A stretch of 42,126 nt of DNA from Candidatus Iainarchaeum sp. (GTDB taxonomy: Archaea; Iainarchaeota; Iainarchaeia; Iainarchaeales; DTGL01). The position numbers were made by a program, and so were the translations under genes. Each line of letters opens with the position of its first letter. Position 1 is the first letter of the stretch. The notes below the pieces were generated by a model. It ran no database searches and was not told the DNA's origin. It saw only the letters and a program-made list of their open reading frames with translations. This document shows positions 41,429-42,126 of this stretch, one piece after another. The stretch lies in contig JAFCEU010000001.1 of the NCBI GenBank assembly GCA_017608995.1, forward strand, positions 1 through 42,126, written 5' to 3'.

Positions 41429-41708
41429 TGCAGGAGACATCAATGCAGAGGACATCAAAGCAGGTGATATCAATGCAGTGGACATCAAAGCAAGGGACAT
41501 AAAAGCATGGGACATCAATGCAGGAGATATCAATGCAGTGGACATCAATGCAGGCGACATCAAAGCAAAAAATATTTCATACTATGCGGTTTGCTTTGCT
41601 TATCACAACATAGAATGCGATTCAATTAAAGGGCGAAGAGAAAACTCAAAGCACTTCTGCTTAGGTGGAAAAATAACGATTAGAAAAAAAGAGGCTGAGA
41701 AGAAATGA
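41376..41708 (+). CDS. 5-residue-repeat (pentapeptide-like) protein with Cys-containing C-terminus
   Basis: Open from 41361 (TTG 41376 or GTG 41391). 10-11 units of I-N/K-A-x-D, then ...NIECDSIKGRRENSKHFC...KKEAEKK-stop. Confidence 0.5.
   Translation: MIKALVLRVTLFKAWNINAGDINAEDIKAGDINAVDIKARDIKAWDINAGDINAVDINAGDIKAKNISYYAVCFAYHNIECDSIKGRRENSKHFCLGGKITIRKKEAEKK
41412..41576. repeat. 15-bp tandem repeat x11 (consensus AATGCAGGNGACATC)
   Basis: Units read off directly at 41412, 41427, 41442 ... 41562. Confidence 0.9.
41691..41708 (+). promoter_or_regulatory. Conserved gene-junction motif, copy 5 (GAGGCTGAGAAGAAATGA)
   Basis: 16/18 match; contains ATG 41705 and TGA 41706-41708. Confidence 0.55.
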
Positions 41709-41824
41709 GAGAATTGAAATGCCCATCATGCGGCAGAGAATGGGTTTACACAGGCAAGCATAGAAAGTTTGCGAGTTGCCCAAGCTGTGGAAAATTAGTA
41801 AAAGAAACGAGGTTTTGGGATTGA
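41705..41824 (+). CDS. zinc-ribbon protein (39 aa)
   Basis: MRELKCPSCG...ASCPSCG; ATGA overlap upstream and TTGA overlap downstream; verified by hand. Confidence 0.55.
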   Translation: MRELKCPSCGREWVYTGKHRKFASCPSCGKLVKETRFWD

Positions 41825-42126
41825 TTTTCTCGGACAAGCTATATTTAAAGTCAGTTGCAGAAATGATTCTTAATGGCGAGAAGACGCAGACAAGAAGGCT
41901 TGTGAAAGAAGGCGACAGATTCAACAAAGAGCCAGGAAGAGGGCCTATAAATGCCGTAGTCAATGACCTGACTGAAAGGGAAAAGTGGAAAATTGGCAAG
42001 GATTACGCTGTCCAGCTTGGCAGAGGAAAGCCAGAGCTTAGATATTGCCCAAAATGTAAAAACTATACTGAAATGCTTCCTCCTGCTGAAGACTTAAAAA
42101 GCTATGAAATTAAAGGCATCCTTGCC
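41821..42126 (+). CDS. ASCH-domain protein, N-terminal part (continues at 41..316 after removing the duplicated 40 bp)
   Basis: TTG 41821 (or ATG 41863). ...MILNGEKTQTRRLVKEGD... is the typical ASCH N-terminal strand-turn motif. Confidence 0.7.
   Translation, partial: MIFSDKLYLKSVAEMILNGEKTQTRRLVKEGDRFNKEPGRGPINAVVNDLTEREKWKIGKDYAVQLGRGKPELRYCPKCKNYTEMLPPAEDLKSYEIKGILA
42087..42126. repeat. Terminal overlap copy 2 (identical to 1-40)
   Basis: 40/40 identity. Confidence 0.95.

Noticed and set aside
41357-41563. Minus-strand ORF encoding MSPALMSTALIS... repeats
   Set aside because: It is simply the reverse-complement reading of the 15-bp tandem array. It has no SD and is antisense to the plus-strand early operon.
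1-42126. tRNA, rRNA, reverse transcriptase (DGR), transposase/IS elements, toxin-antitoxin pairs
   Set aside because: Non-coding gaps were scanned by eye and no cloverleaf-like GC-rich segments were seen. No ORF shows RT (YxDD), DDE or typical toxin motifs. A tRNAscan/Infernal run is still needed to exclude small RNAs formally.

Overview
The window is a complete mobile genome. Bases 1-40 are repeated exactly at 42087-42126, so the contig closes on itself (unit length 42,086 bp), and one gene (ASCH-domain protein) reads through the join in frame. Content and organisation suggest a temperate virus or virus-like element of an archaeon. The evidence is an archaeal/eukaryotic-type PCNA, a tyrosine integrase, many small zinc-ribbon and RHH proteins, tightly packed SD-led operons with ATGA overlaps, and a few apparently leaderless genes behind TATA-like boxes. 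There are four modules. (i) 41002->9382 (+, across the junction) holds small early genes, the integrase, Ku plus an ATP-dependent DNA ligase, an AAA+ ATPase and PCNA. (ii) 9596-29931 (-) is a long virion/host-recognition operon: LamG lectin-fold protein, metallophosphoesterase, pectate-lyase-fold beta-helix protein, a repeat-rich fibre of about 650 aa and many beta-rich proteins of 100-170 aa. It is interrupted by a 6-kb glycan-biosynthesis island (two GT4, two GT2, radical SAM, SAM methyltransferase, P-loop kinase-like protein). (iii) 30035-33584 (+) encodes membrane/secreted proteins and ends in a gingipain-like clan CD peptidase. (iv) 33581-40870 holds mixed small genes, a membrane-anchored paralog of a virion-block protein, a retropepsin-like protein, and a zinc-finger/P-loop replication protein whose coding sequence contains a helically phased iteron array plus an AT-only tract (candidate origin). 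I could not recognise a terminase, portal, HK97-fold or double-jelly-roll capsid protein, tRNA, rRNA or CRISPR array. All functional calls come from motif recognition by eye on the supplied translations and need HMM or structure confirmation.
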